In this document: positions 55,963-64,000 of the stretch, one piece after another
Position numbering within the stretch: position 1 is the stretch's first letter
Layout: each line of letters begins with the position of its first letter
Assembly (NCBI GenBank): GCA_903874955.1
Contig: CAIQTY010000037.1
Span: forward strand, 5,397 to 69,396
Source: an uncultured Alphaproteobacteria bacterium
GTDB lineage: Bacteria; Pseudomonadota; Alphaproteobacteria; Paracaedibacterales; CAITNM01
Reading direction: 5' to 3'
DNA length: 64,000 nucleotides
Made by a program: the position numbers and the translations under genes
The notes under the pieces: model-generated
Database searches by the model: none
What the model was told of the DNA's origin: nothing
Seen by the model: the letters and a program-made list of their open reading frames with translations, nothing else

Positions 55963-56532
55963 TTATCCGTGTTGCATTGCGTTGGGAATAAGTTCATAGA
56001 CTTCTGCCAAAATAACACTACAAGCAACAAGAATCTCCTCGTTAGATAAGTTATCTATTTGTTGAAGGATATGGCTAATTTTTTGACTGTATTCTTTAGC
56101 CTTTTTAGTCAATTCAGGTAATACCTTGCGGGTGCACATTTTTTCTAGATAGTGAGATACCCTATAAAGTTCGATAAGTTTTAAGATTAAATCCGATGGA
56201 AGCGATTCAGATGTTTCTGTGAGCTCTGATAAAATTTTACTGGCTTTCGATAAAATGTTGATTTTTTTATCTAAAATTTTCTTTTGTTCTAAAAAACGTT
56301 CCTTAATAGGAATAGTTTTATCGAGTAATCCCTTAATTACCAGAAGATCAAACCCCAGAAACTTTAGCGAAAGTATTTTCAAAAGGACCTGAAGGTCTCT
56401 TTCTTCATAAAGACGAAAACCATTCATTTGATTTTTTGATGCTTTTAGCAATCCAATTTGGTCGTAATGATGCAAGGTTCTCACAGAAACTCCCGTAAGC
56501 TTGCTAAATTCGCCGATTCTCCACTGATTCAT
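55963..56532 (-). CDS. MerR-family transcriptional regulator (tandem paralog)
   Basis: IGEFSKLTGVSVRTLHHYDQIGLL. It is colinear with the neighbouring MerR gene through about 105 aa. Confidence 0.8.
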   Translation of the reverse strand: MNQWRIGEFSKLTGVSVRTLHHYDQIGLLKASKNQMNGFRLYEERDLQVLLKILSLKFLGFDLLVIKGLLDKTIPIKERFLEQKKILDKKINILSKASKILSELTETSESLPSDLILKLIELYRVSHYLEKMCTRKVLPELTKKAKEYSQKISHILQQIDNLSNEEILVACSVILAEVYELIPNAMQHG

Positions 56533-56704
56533 TGATTACCTTGCTAGTTTTCTAACATTTCTAAAGGTAGTCTATGACGTTAGGTTAGACACAAGGGGAT
56601 TTGCTCAGTTTTTATTTAATATTTAGTGAATTCCAGGAGCATCACCTGAATAATGCCTGATATTCTTTTGGATGGATGAAAGGATTAGCTGTGTTTGGTT
56701 TATG

Positions 56705-57982
56705 TTAAAAACACAGATTATAAATTTCACAAACTATAACGCATATACCCACAGCTAAAATAAGCATTACCAATTGTTGATTTAAACTGCTTGAAAGTTT
56801 CTGTTTTCCTAAGCGCAGCCATATTAGACATGGAAGACCCACAGCAATAATACTCAAAAATATTCCGGCAAATCCAAGAACTTTTAAAAAGGTCTTTTCA
56901 GCAATTAGTGTAAGGGCTAACGGAACACCAAGGGCCAAAAATCCTGATATAAAACGCTTTTTAGCGGGAGAGGTAATCGAGATATGTTCGCGATAATAGT
57001 CAAACAAACCTATAGCAACACCAAGAAATGAAGTGATTATCGCAAGTAACGAAAAAATCCAGCTAGAGGATTGTAGCCAATTGGTATCAATAACCTGACT
57101 TAGAGCTGAAACAAAAACCCCTAAATCTGCGTTGCCATTTACTAATAGTTCAAACACTAAAGGATTATTAACATATACAATACTTAATCCGCCGATCATC
57201 CAAACGATATAGGTTAGAAGCGGTATTAAGGTTCCCCAAAAGAAGGCTCGCTTTAGAATTAGAGGTTGTTTTTTGCAGTATTGAACCATACTAGGGATGC
57301 TGCCATGAAAACCAAAAGAAGTGAAAAACAAAGGTATGGCAATAAACCAAGGTGAAAAGCTCGTATGTTGAACTGGTAGCATTTCGGATGAGATATGTAT
57401 TTTTGGAAATAACACTATCATCATTGCTATAAAAACGCCGATCATTATCGCAAAGAATATCCGATTTCCTGCATCAAGAACCTTCATGTCAATACATACA
57501 AGCGCTGACATTAATATAACAAAAACAATCATAATTGAGTGTTCGTTGAGGGTAATATTTGCGTGTGAAGTAACTAGATTTTGGATTAAGGAAGATGCTC
57601 CACTTGTGTATGCAACAAGCAGTGAATTAAGCATAAGCACTAAAGCAATTGAGGCAATGTAGCCTGGGATTTTGCCCAGATATAAATTAGACAATTTTGC
57701 AATCGAACTTCCAACTCCTATGTGAAGGTTTAAGTCAACTGCAATGAGTGCAGCAACATACATTACAAACCACATGGCAACCAGTAGAGCGCTTCCCCCT
57801 AATATACCAAGAGCTGCAACGCTCATTGGCAAGCTGAGCATTCCTGCGCCGATAGTTGTGCCTGCAATTACCAACAAGGCCCCCCAAAATTTTTTTTGCT
57901 GAGCATTTTCTTGAGAAGATTTAATTGAAAGACTTTCTTCTTCGTTATTAATAAAATGAAGCACGTTCTTTGATTTTGACAT
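56705..57982 (-). CDS. aromatic amino acid permease of the HAAAP family (TyrP/Mtr/TnaB-like)
   Basis: IAGTTIGAGMLSLPM, FTSFGFHGSIPSMVQY and SFLGVAIGLFDY all match E. coli TyrP landmarks. About 11 TM segments. Confidence 0.8.
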   Translation of the reverse strand: MSKSKNVLHFINNEEESLSIKSSQENAQQKKFWGALLVIAGTTIGAGMLSLPMSVAALGILGGSALLVAMWFVMYVAALIAVDLNLHIGVGSSIAKLSNLYLGKIPGYIASIALVLMLNSLLVAYTSGASSLIQNLVTSHANITLNEHSIMIVFVILMSALVCIDMKVLDAGNRIFFAIMIGVFIAMMIVLFPKIHISSEMLPVQHTSFSPWFIAIPLFFTSFGFHGSIPSMVQYCKKQPLILKRAFFWGTLIPLLTYIVWMIGGLSIVYVNNPLVFELLVNGNADLGVFVSALSQVIDTNWLQSSSWIFSLLAIITSFLGVAIGLFDYYREHISITSPAKKRFISGFLALGVPLALTLIAEKTFLKVLGFAGIFLSIIAVGLPCLIWLRLGKQKLSSSLNQQLVMLILAVGICVIVCEIYNLCF

Positions 57983-58216
57983 TTATCCCGAGGAATATCT
58001 GCGCCTACTAAAATATCGTAACCACAAAAACAAAAAAAATATGAAGAATATTTATCTTTAAGTGAAATATATTATTTGATTTTTTAGAATAAATCTGAAA
58101 GCCCTTGTTTTTATATGATTGCAAAGAAATATATAAAATCCACCATACGGTTTTAGATTTTGAATGTTTTTGTCAGATACACCAAAAAAGAAAATATTGC
58201 CTATATTTTAAACAAT

Positions 58217-58360
58217 CTAATTTTCTAAACTCCTCCTTTTCATTGCTTTGTGAGATGTTTCATGTCTTGAGTGTTTTCTGGGTTTGTGTGGCGCAGAAAA
58301 CACAAGTGACCCCATTAGTACAAGAATTGCGAAGATTTTAGCTACAATAATGGTGCTCAT
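58217..58360 (-). CDS. possible small exported basic peptide (47 aa), below the ORF-track length cut-off
   Basis: GAGG lies 8 nt upstream of the ATG. The product is MSTIIVAKIFAILVLMGSLVFSA-PHKPRKHSRHETSHKAMKRRSLEN. It could be a chance ORF in an AT-rich spacer. Confidence 0.25.
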   Translation of the reverse strand: MSTIIVAKIFAILVLMGSLVFSAPHKPRKHSRHETSHKAMKRRSLEN

Positions 58361-58481
58361 CTTTTAGCCTCTGACGTTACGTTATCTGCATAAATTACAA
58401 CAATGTCGGCCATTCTCACCTTTAAATTTATTATATTATTCAACTTGACTTTTAAAAAAAGAAATTTTTAAGGGTCTGTTT

Positions 58482-59777
58482 TTAGTGCTTATCTTTCCTA
58501 AATATTCCGACTGTTTCTAGATGAGCGGCCCAAAGAAATTGATCAATAGGATGAGCCGTTTCTAAAATATATCCTCCTTTTTCTAAAGTTTTTGCATCCC
58601 TTGCAAAACTATTTGGGTTACAAGAAACATAAATTACTAAGGGGACTTTACTCACCGAGAGTTCTTCAATTTGTGCTTGAGCCCCTGCTCGAGGTGGATT
58701 AATTACAGTTGCATCATACTTATTAAGGTCATCAGTACTCAGCGGGCTAGTAAATAAGTCTCTGGACTCAGCAGAAATATCGTAATTCTTGCCAGCAAAA
58801 TCAAGCTGTTGTATGGCCTTTGCATCTCCTTCGTATGCTTTAACTTTTCCATATTGCAATAAAATACCGCTGAATGTTCCCCGGCCTGAAAATAAATCGA
58901 TAAGATTCAAATGATTCTCCGCTTTTTTGCCAAGTGCTGTCGATATGATCTCTTGCATCCAAGTTTGTGCTAACTGACTAGCTTGTAAAAATGCCCATGG
59001 ATCTGCTTCTACTGCTAAGGGTCCGAAATCAATAGTTATAGGGCTGGTTTGCCAAAGCACGTCGTAAATTTTTCTGTGACGAAACTGCAGGCGGCTCCAT
59101 TTTGCAGTTTCAGCAATACTTTTCAATAGGTCTCGTTGGACATCTGTTAAGTGATTGATACCTTGGATTTCAATGCCGATATCGACAGTACTATCAAGAT
59201 CGAGAATAAAGATTTTTGCTTTTTGGAAAGGCTCAAGTAAGTTTTCTAAGGCGAAACGCAAATGGGGTAGAGCGTTTTGCAGGCTAGGCGTTAAAACAGG
59301 ACATTCTTGCATATCAATAATTTGGTGACTTTGAAGACGGTGAAAGCCCATAAAAAGTTTGTCCCCTTTTTTTATGGCTTCAAGATTGGCTCTTCTGCGT
59401 TGTCCCGGCGGTACTACTTTGATTGGTTGAATTATGTAAGGATTTAAACCATTTTCTAAAAATGCTTGTGTTAGCAGACCTGTTTTAAACTCTTTGTAGA
59501 AGCCTTCGCTGGCATGTTGCAGAATGCACCCACCACAGGTTGTAAAGTGTATACACGTTGCGTCTTGACGTTCATGGGATGCCTTAATAATTTCCTTGAA
59601 ATAAGTGTTGGTTTTTTTAGGATATTGAACTTTCTCAAAAGCAACCTCTTCGCCCGGGAGGCAAAATGGCAATTCAGTATCTCCGCTATCGCTGATAACT
59701 TCAGCAAAACAATCATTTTTAAGCTGTATTGCCTTTCCTCTTGCTTGCGAGATTATTGGTGGTGCTTGATTTCGCAT
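58482..59777 (-). CDS. RumA/RlmD/TrmA-family RNA (uracil-C5)-methyltransferase
   Basis: Fe-S Cys cluster CIHFTTCGGCILQH, SAM motif DLFSGRGTFS, VINPPRAG, and the catalytic region YVSCNP. Confidence 0.8.
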   Translation of the reverse strand: MRNQAPPIISQARGKAIQLKNDCFAEVISDSGDTELPFCLPGEEVAFEKVQYPKKTNTYFKEIIKASHERQDATCIHFTTCGGCILQHASEGFYKEFKTGLLTQAFLENGLNPYIIQPIKVVPPGQRRRANLEAIKKGDKLFMGFHRLQSHQIIDMQECPVLTPSLQNALPHLRFALENLLEPFQKAKIFILDLDSTVDIGIEIQGINHLTDVQRDLLKSIAETAKWSRLQFRHRKIYDVLWQTSPITIDFGPLAVEADPWAFLQASQLAQTWMQEIISTALGKKAENHLNLIDLFSGRGTFSGILLQYGKVKAYEGDAKAIQQLDFAGKNYDISAESRDLFTSPLSTDDLNKYDATVINPPRAGAQAQIEELSVSKVPLVIYVSCNPNSFARDAKTLEKGGYILETAHPIDQFLWAAHLETVGIFRKDKH

Positions 59778-59964
59778 ATAAATTTCACAGAATGTTGCTA
59801 TGAGTAGGTAAAAAAGGATACTAAGTGTTTTTTTAAAGTAAATCTATGGAAAAACTTAAGGCTTATTTTTGTGTGCATAAAAACGAATCAAATCATTAGT
59901 TTAGTAATTTTTTAATAAGCTTGTGAATACACTACTAAGTGTGATCGAAATATATGAATGAAAA

Positions 59965-60828
59965 ATGATAAACACTAAAATTCCTTATTTAAAATATTTA
60001 TTTCAAAGCATGGCTTTGCTGTTGATACTAGGTGGAACGATTCAGGCTGACAATTCAACAATAACTAAAGATGAGGTGTTAAAGGTATTAACAGACAAAG
60101 AATTTAAAATAAGACAACAAGGAGATTCTGAATGCTTTAGAGTTTTTGAATCGGTAAAACTCTCAGGCAGTACACAATTTTCTAAAACTAGCTTGAAAAA
60201 AATTGTGGAAAAAATCAAAGAACTTCAAGCCCAATCACCTGTTGCAATTCTCGATGTAAGAGAAGAAATGCATTTGTTGGGGGACAATGAACTATCAGAA
60301 ATTATTGCTGAAAAAGATTGGTCAGAACTTCATCATAAGCTTGAAGTTATTAATGAAGATGAAAATAAATTAGTACAGCCTGGTTTGATTGAACAAGAAC
60401 AAACGATTGCTAAAAATCTTAATCTTCAATATGTTCGAGTTCCCGTTACCGATGATAAAATTCCCCATGATAATGTGGTTGATTTATTTCTTGAATTTTA
60501 CAAAGAACAGATGAAAAACCACCCAAATACTTGGTTCCATGCTCATTGTGAGCATGGGCACGGACGCACAACTACTTTTATGGCATTGATACATATTCTA
60601 AACACCAAAGGTGAGAAAAAATTGGCCGATATTTTGAAAGAACAGCATAAAGCAGGTGGAGCTGACCTTCATTTTTCTTCAGATATTAAGGTTGATCCTA
60701 AGGATCTTGAGCTCAAAAGAATGCGTTTTGCTTTTTTAGAAAAATTCCATGAATATGTTAACGATAAGGATAGAGGGTTCTTTGCTAAAAACTCTTGGTC
60801 TGAATGGAAAAAAATCGTTGATGAATAG
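59965..60828 (+). CDS. secreted CX5R phosphatase, PTP-like phytase / inositol-phosphate phosphatase candidate
   Basis: Signal peptide MINTKIPYLKYLFQSMALLLILGGTIQA and P-loop HCEHGHGRTT (HCx5R[TS]), as in PTP-like phytases (HCEAGVGRTT). Confidence 0.7.
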   Translation: MINTKIPYLKYLFQSMALLLILGGTIQADNSTITKDEVLKVLTDKEFKIRQQGDSECFRVFESVKLSGSTQFSKTSLKKIVEKIKELQAQSPVAILDVREEMHLLGDNELSEIIAEKDWSELHHKLEVINEDENKLVQPGLIEQEQTIAKNLNLQYVRVPVTDDKIPHDNVVDLFLEFYKEQMKNHPNTWFHAHCEHGHGRTTTFMALIHILNTKGEKKLADILKEQHKAGGADLHFSSDIKVDPKDLELKRMRFAFLEKFHEYVNDKDRGFFAKNSWSEWKKIVDE

Positions 60829-60837
60829 ATTTTTTGT

Positions 60838-61677
60838 CTAGTATGCCAGAGATTCTCCACCATCAAGAACAATATTTATGCCGTTTAAATGGGCTGACTT
60901 TGACGACAACAAAAATAATACTAGATTTGCAACATCGTCTGGTTTTCCATAAGCACCTAAAGGAATAGACGATGCATTTTTAGCTGCTTGTTCTTCAAAG
61001 CTTATATTGTTTGAAAAAGCTTTCTCTTTAATTCTATCAATGTGAAATTGAGTAAGGATAGGGCCTGGAGAAATTGCATTTACTCGAATCTTTCTTTTCC
61101 CAAAGTAATGGGCCAGGTTTTTTATTTCGCCTGACCATGCGAGTCGAATAACGTTCGTATTAGGGTAACCTGGTAGATAATTTTTGGAACTATTGCCAGA
61201 TATAACAATAATGCTGGCATTTTCTTTAATGAAAGGACTAAAAGCACTAATTACTTCAAGGGGGTTAATAAACGTCTCTAAAAAGACCTGAGACCATTCT
61301 TCTTTTGTTGGAATTCCATCCTTCGTCAGGACTGGCCTTGGCCCAATAAGCACTATACCACTAATTGATTTCCTCTCTAACTTTTTAGCAGCTAAATGAA
61401 TCGTTAGGGTATCTGAAAAATCTATGATTAGGCTTTGAACAGAAACTAATGGGTGTTGAGATTTCAGTCTTTTTTGGAGTTCGTCTAATTTTTTTTGATT
61501 TCTTCCCGTAATAATCAGATCATAGCCTTTTTCAGCAATAGAATTACAAATGCATTCTCCGAAAGCGCCTGTAGCTGCTGTAACCAAAAATGTATTCGCA
61601 TTTTGGTTAATTGTTACTGTAGAAGCAGCGCAATAATTAAATCCAAAAATCAGAAGCCCAAATAGTATTTTTTGCAT
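60838..61677 (-). CDS. SDR-family oxidoreductase with hydrophobic N-terminal leader
   Basis: VTAATGAFG (TGxxxxxG) and the C-terminus AHLNGINIVLDGGESL. The leader is MQKILFGLLIFGFNYCAAS. Confidence 0.65.
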   Translation of the reverse strand: MQKILFGLLIFGFNYCAASTVTINQNANTFLVTAATGAFGECICNSIAEKGYDLIITGRNQKKLDELQKRLKSQHPLVSVQSLIIDFSDTLTIHLAAKKLERKSISGIVLIGPRPVLTKDGIPTKEEWSQVFLETFINPLEVISAFSPFIKENASIIVISGNSSKNYLPGYPNTNVIRLAWSGEIKNLAHYFGKRKIRVNAISPGPILTQFHIDRIKEKAFSNNISFEEQAAKNASSIPLGAYGKPDDVANLVLFLLSSKSAHLNGINIVLDGGESLAY

Positions 61678-61841
61678 AATTAAACTTTGTTTTGGTCATG
61701 TCACATGTTTATAAAATTATAATTCTTATTAGTCTAGGCTTTCTTTTAAATCATTGTTCAAGATAATTCTACCCTGCGTGAACCCCTTGGATTAGCCTCG
61801 AAATTTAGCCATAATGCTCAAAATAATTAGAAAATTTTCAA

Positions 61842-63794
61842 ATGACAACTTTTCACGACCTTTCTAATGCGATTCGCTTTTTAAGTATTGATGCGGTTGA
61901 AAAAGCCAATTCTGGCCATCCGGGGATGCCTATGGGAATGGCTGATGTCGCGACAGTTTTGTTTCAAAAACATTTGGTCTTCAATCCCAAAGATGCAACG
62001 TGGCCAAACCGTGATCGATTTGTTTTATCAGCAGGTCATGGATCAATGCTTTTGTATAGCCTTTTGTATTTAACAGGGTATCCAGATACAACTTTCGAAC
62101 AGCTTAAAAATTTTAGGCAGCTTCATTCTAAAACGCCGGGGCATCCTGAATATGGACATTTGCCGGGGGTAGAGACGACAACTGGTCCATTAGGGCAGGG
62201 GTTGGCAACGGCTGTAGGCATTGCTATTGCTGAGAGAATGCTTAATGCACGCCACCCAGATGCTATCAGTCACTATACCTACGTTATTGCAAGTGATGGT
62301 GACCTAATGGAAGGAATAAGCCATGAAGCAGCTTCCCTGGCAGGACATTTAAATCTCAACAAACTTATTGTGCTGTATGACGATAATGGTATCAGTATCG
62401 ATGGAAAAACAGATTTATCTTTCAGTGATAATACTCTTAAGCGATTTGAGTCTTATGGTTGGCATGCAGAATGCATTGATGGTCATGAAAATACGGCAGT
62501 AGATGAAGCTATTGCTAGGGCAAAACGTTCTAATAAGCCTAGCCTTATAGCCTGTAAAACAACGATCGGATTTGGTTCACCTAATAAAGCGCATACCAGC
62601 GGTGTTCACGGTTCCCCCCTTGGCAAAGCCGAAATTGAAGCAACCCGCGTGGCGCTTAATTGGCATCATGAACCATTCGAGATTCCGCAACAAATAATCC
62701 ATGCATGGAGAACGATTGGCGCGCAGCATCAAGCTACATATGATCAATGGCAAAAGCAAGTAGATGCCGATCTGCAAAAGCAATTCCATGAACCCTTATT
62801 TAACATTACGAAAGTAATAGATAACTATAAGCAATTAGCCCGTGATACTAAGCCAAATCTTGCGACTCGAGTTTTATCTCAGCAAGTGCTAGAAGTCATT
62901 GTACCGAATATGTCAATCGTCGGAGGCTCAGCCGATTTAACGGGTTCAAATAATACAAAAGTATCCTCACAAAAGACAATAAGCGCCTCTGATTTCGCTG
63001 GAAACTACATCTATTATGGTGTTCGTGAACATGCAATGGCGGCCGTTATGAATGGTCTTAGTCTCTCAAAAGCTTTTATTCCCTATGGTGGAACTTTTTT
63101 GGTCTTTTTAGATTATTTGAAGCCTGCGTTGCGCTTATCCGCTATGATGAAACAAGGCGTTATTTATATTTTAACCCATGATTCGATTGGACTCGGTGAA
63201 GACGGACCAACGCATCAGCCTATTGAGCATTTAGCGCATCTGCGCTGCATACCAGGTGTGCAAACGTTTCGCCCAATGGATGCAACAGAAGTGGCAGAAT
63301 GTTGGCAATTAGCCGTTCATAATCGTAAAGGTCCTTCGGTACTTGTTCTGACGCGACAAAATTTACCCTACCTTAGTGACCTTAGAGCGAATCATTTAGA
63401 AAATGCTTGCGCTAAAGGAGCTTATGTTCTAATCGAAAAACAAGGTTCTAACGTGACTCTAATTGCAACGGGTTCAGAAGTTTCAATAGCTGTCGATGCG
63501 GCAAATGCGCTTATGGAATTGAATATTCCCGTACGTGTTGTTTCTATGCCTTGTGCTGATTTATTTGATAAACAACCCCAAGAATACAAGAGCCAGGTTT
63601 TAGGAACCGGGCTTCGCATTGCCATAGAAGCAGCTACAGAAGGAACATGGCCAAAATATATAGGCGAAAAGGGTGTGTTTGTTGGGATGAATTCTTATGG
63701 TGCTTCAGCTCCGGCGAATGATTTGTATACACACTTTGGCATAACAGCTGATATGGTGATAAAAAAAGTAAAAGCATATTTAGGTAGAAATTAA
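61842..63794 (+). CDS. tkt: transketolase
   Basis: [16 protein letters not shown], the [16 protein letters not shown] motif, and the [16 protein letters not shown](I)EHL motif. Confidence 0.95.
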   Translation: MTTFHDLSNAIRFLSIDAVEKANSGHPGMPMGMADVATVLFQKHLVFNPKDATWPNRDRFVLSAGHGSMLLYSLLYLTGYPDTTFEQLKNFRQLHSKTPGHPEYGHLPGVETTTGPLGQGLATAVGIAIAERMLNARHPDAISHYTYVIASDGDLMEGISHEAASLAGHLNLNKLIVLYDDNGISIDGKTDLSFSDNTLKRFESYGWHAECIDGHENTAVDEAIARAKRSNKPSLIACKTTIGFGSPNKAHTSGVHGSPLGKAEIEATRVALNWHHEPFEIPQQIIHAWRTIGAQHQATYDQWQKQVDADLQKQFHEPLFNITKVIDNYKQLARDTKPNLATRVLSQQVLEVIVPNMSIVGGSADLTGSNNTKVSSQKTISASDFAGNYIYYGVREHAMAAVMNGLSLSKAFIPYGGTFLVFLDYLKPALRLSAMMKQGVIYILTHDSIGLGEDGPTHQPIEHLAHLRCIPGVQTFRPMDATEVAECWQLAVHNRKGPSVLVLTRQNLPYLSDLRANHLENACAKGAYVLIEKQGSNVTLIATGSEVSIAVDAANALMELNIPVRVVSMPCADLFDKQPQEYKSQVLGTGLRIAIEAATEGTWPKYIGEKGVFVGMNSYGASAPANDLYTHFGITADMVIKKVKAYLGRN

Positions 63795-64000
63795 TGCCCC
63801 GCAGTATATACGAACAGTCATTAGAGTATCATTCTCACCATCCACGCGGAAAGCTTGAAATTAAGGCAACAAAACCACTTACAAATCCACATGATTTAGC
63901 ATTGGCATATTCTCCAGGTGTTGCAGAGCCATGTTTGGAGATAGCTAGGAATCCTTTAAAAGCTGCTGATTACACTATACGCGGTAATCTTGTTGCGGTT
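63794..64000 (+). CDS. maeB: NADP-dependent malic enzyme, N-terminal fragment (runs off window)
   Basis: [39 protein letters not shown] is the conserved MaeB N-terminus. The ATG overlaps the tkt stop (TAATG). Confidence 0.8.
   Translation, partial: MPRSIYEQSLEYHSHHPRGKLEIKATKPLTNPHDLALAYSPGVAEPCLEIARNPLKAADYTIRGNLVAV

Overview
This is an AT-rich bacterial chromosome segment. The core genes and their order (fabG, pyrG, secG, infC, umuC-like, rmuC, holB, crcB, lipA, nadK, pfk, mlaA, cca, a ChpT-like phosphotransferase, ccmF, ftsEX, thrS, lysC, ubiG, tkt, maeB) point to an alphaproteobacterium. Between them sit many much more AT-rich, lineage-specific genes with signal-peptide-like N-termini, which suggests a host-associated or intracellular lifestyle (inference, not proven). 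There is one tRNA-Arg(CCG). I saw no rRNA, CRISPR array, transposase, integrase or phage gene. I did not find a clean multi-gene operon that I can defend as a new system. The novelty candidates are single genes or loosely linked loci. (1) 26997-28808: an exported-looking ClpX-like AAA+ ATPase with a tandemly duplicated unknown N-terminal module and no ClpP-docking loop. (2) 48201-50231: an orphan lipoprotein fusing TPR repeats to a secretin domain. (3) 18680-21547: an orphan PAAR spike-tip gene, then an unusually GC-rich non-coding stretch, then a 696-aa orphan membrane protein. (4) 3450-5711: a 753-aa orphan secreted protein bracketed by ~113-bp direct repeats between rluC and infC. (5) 43225-44975: a convergent pair of signal-peptide proteins with acidic repeat halves and extreme lysine-rich tails. 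(6) Effector-like enzymes with signal peptides: a patatin phospholipase and a CX5R PTP-like phytase. All functional calls come from motif recognition by eye. No database search was run.
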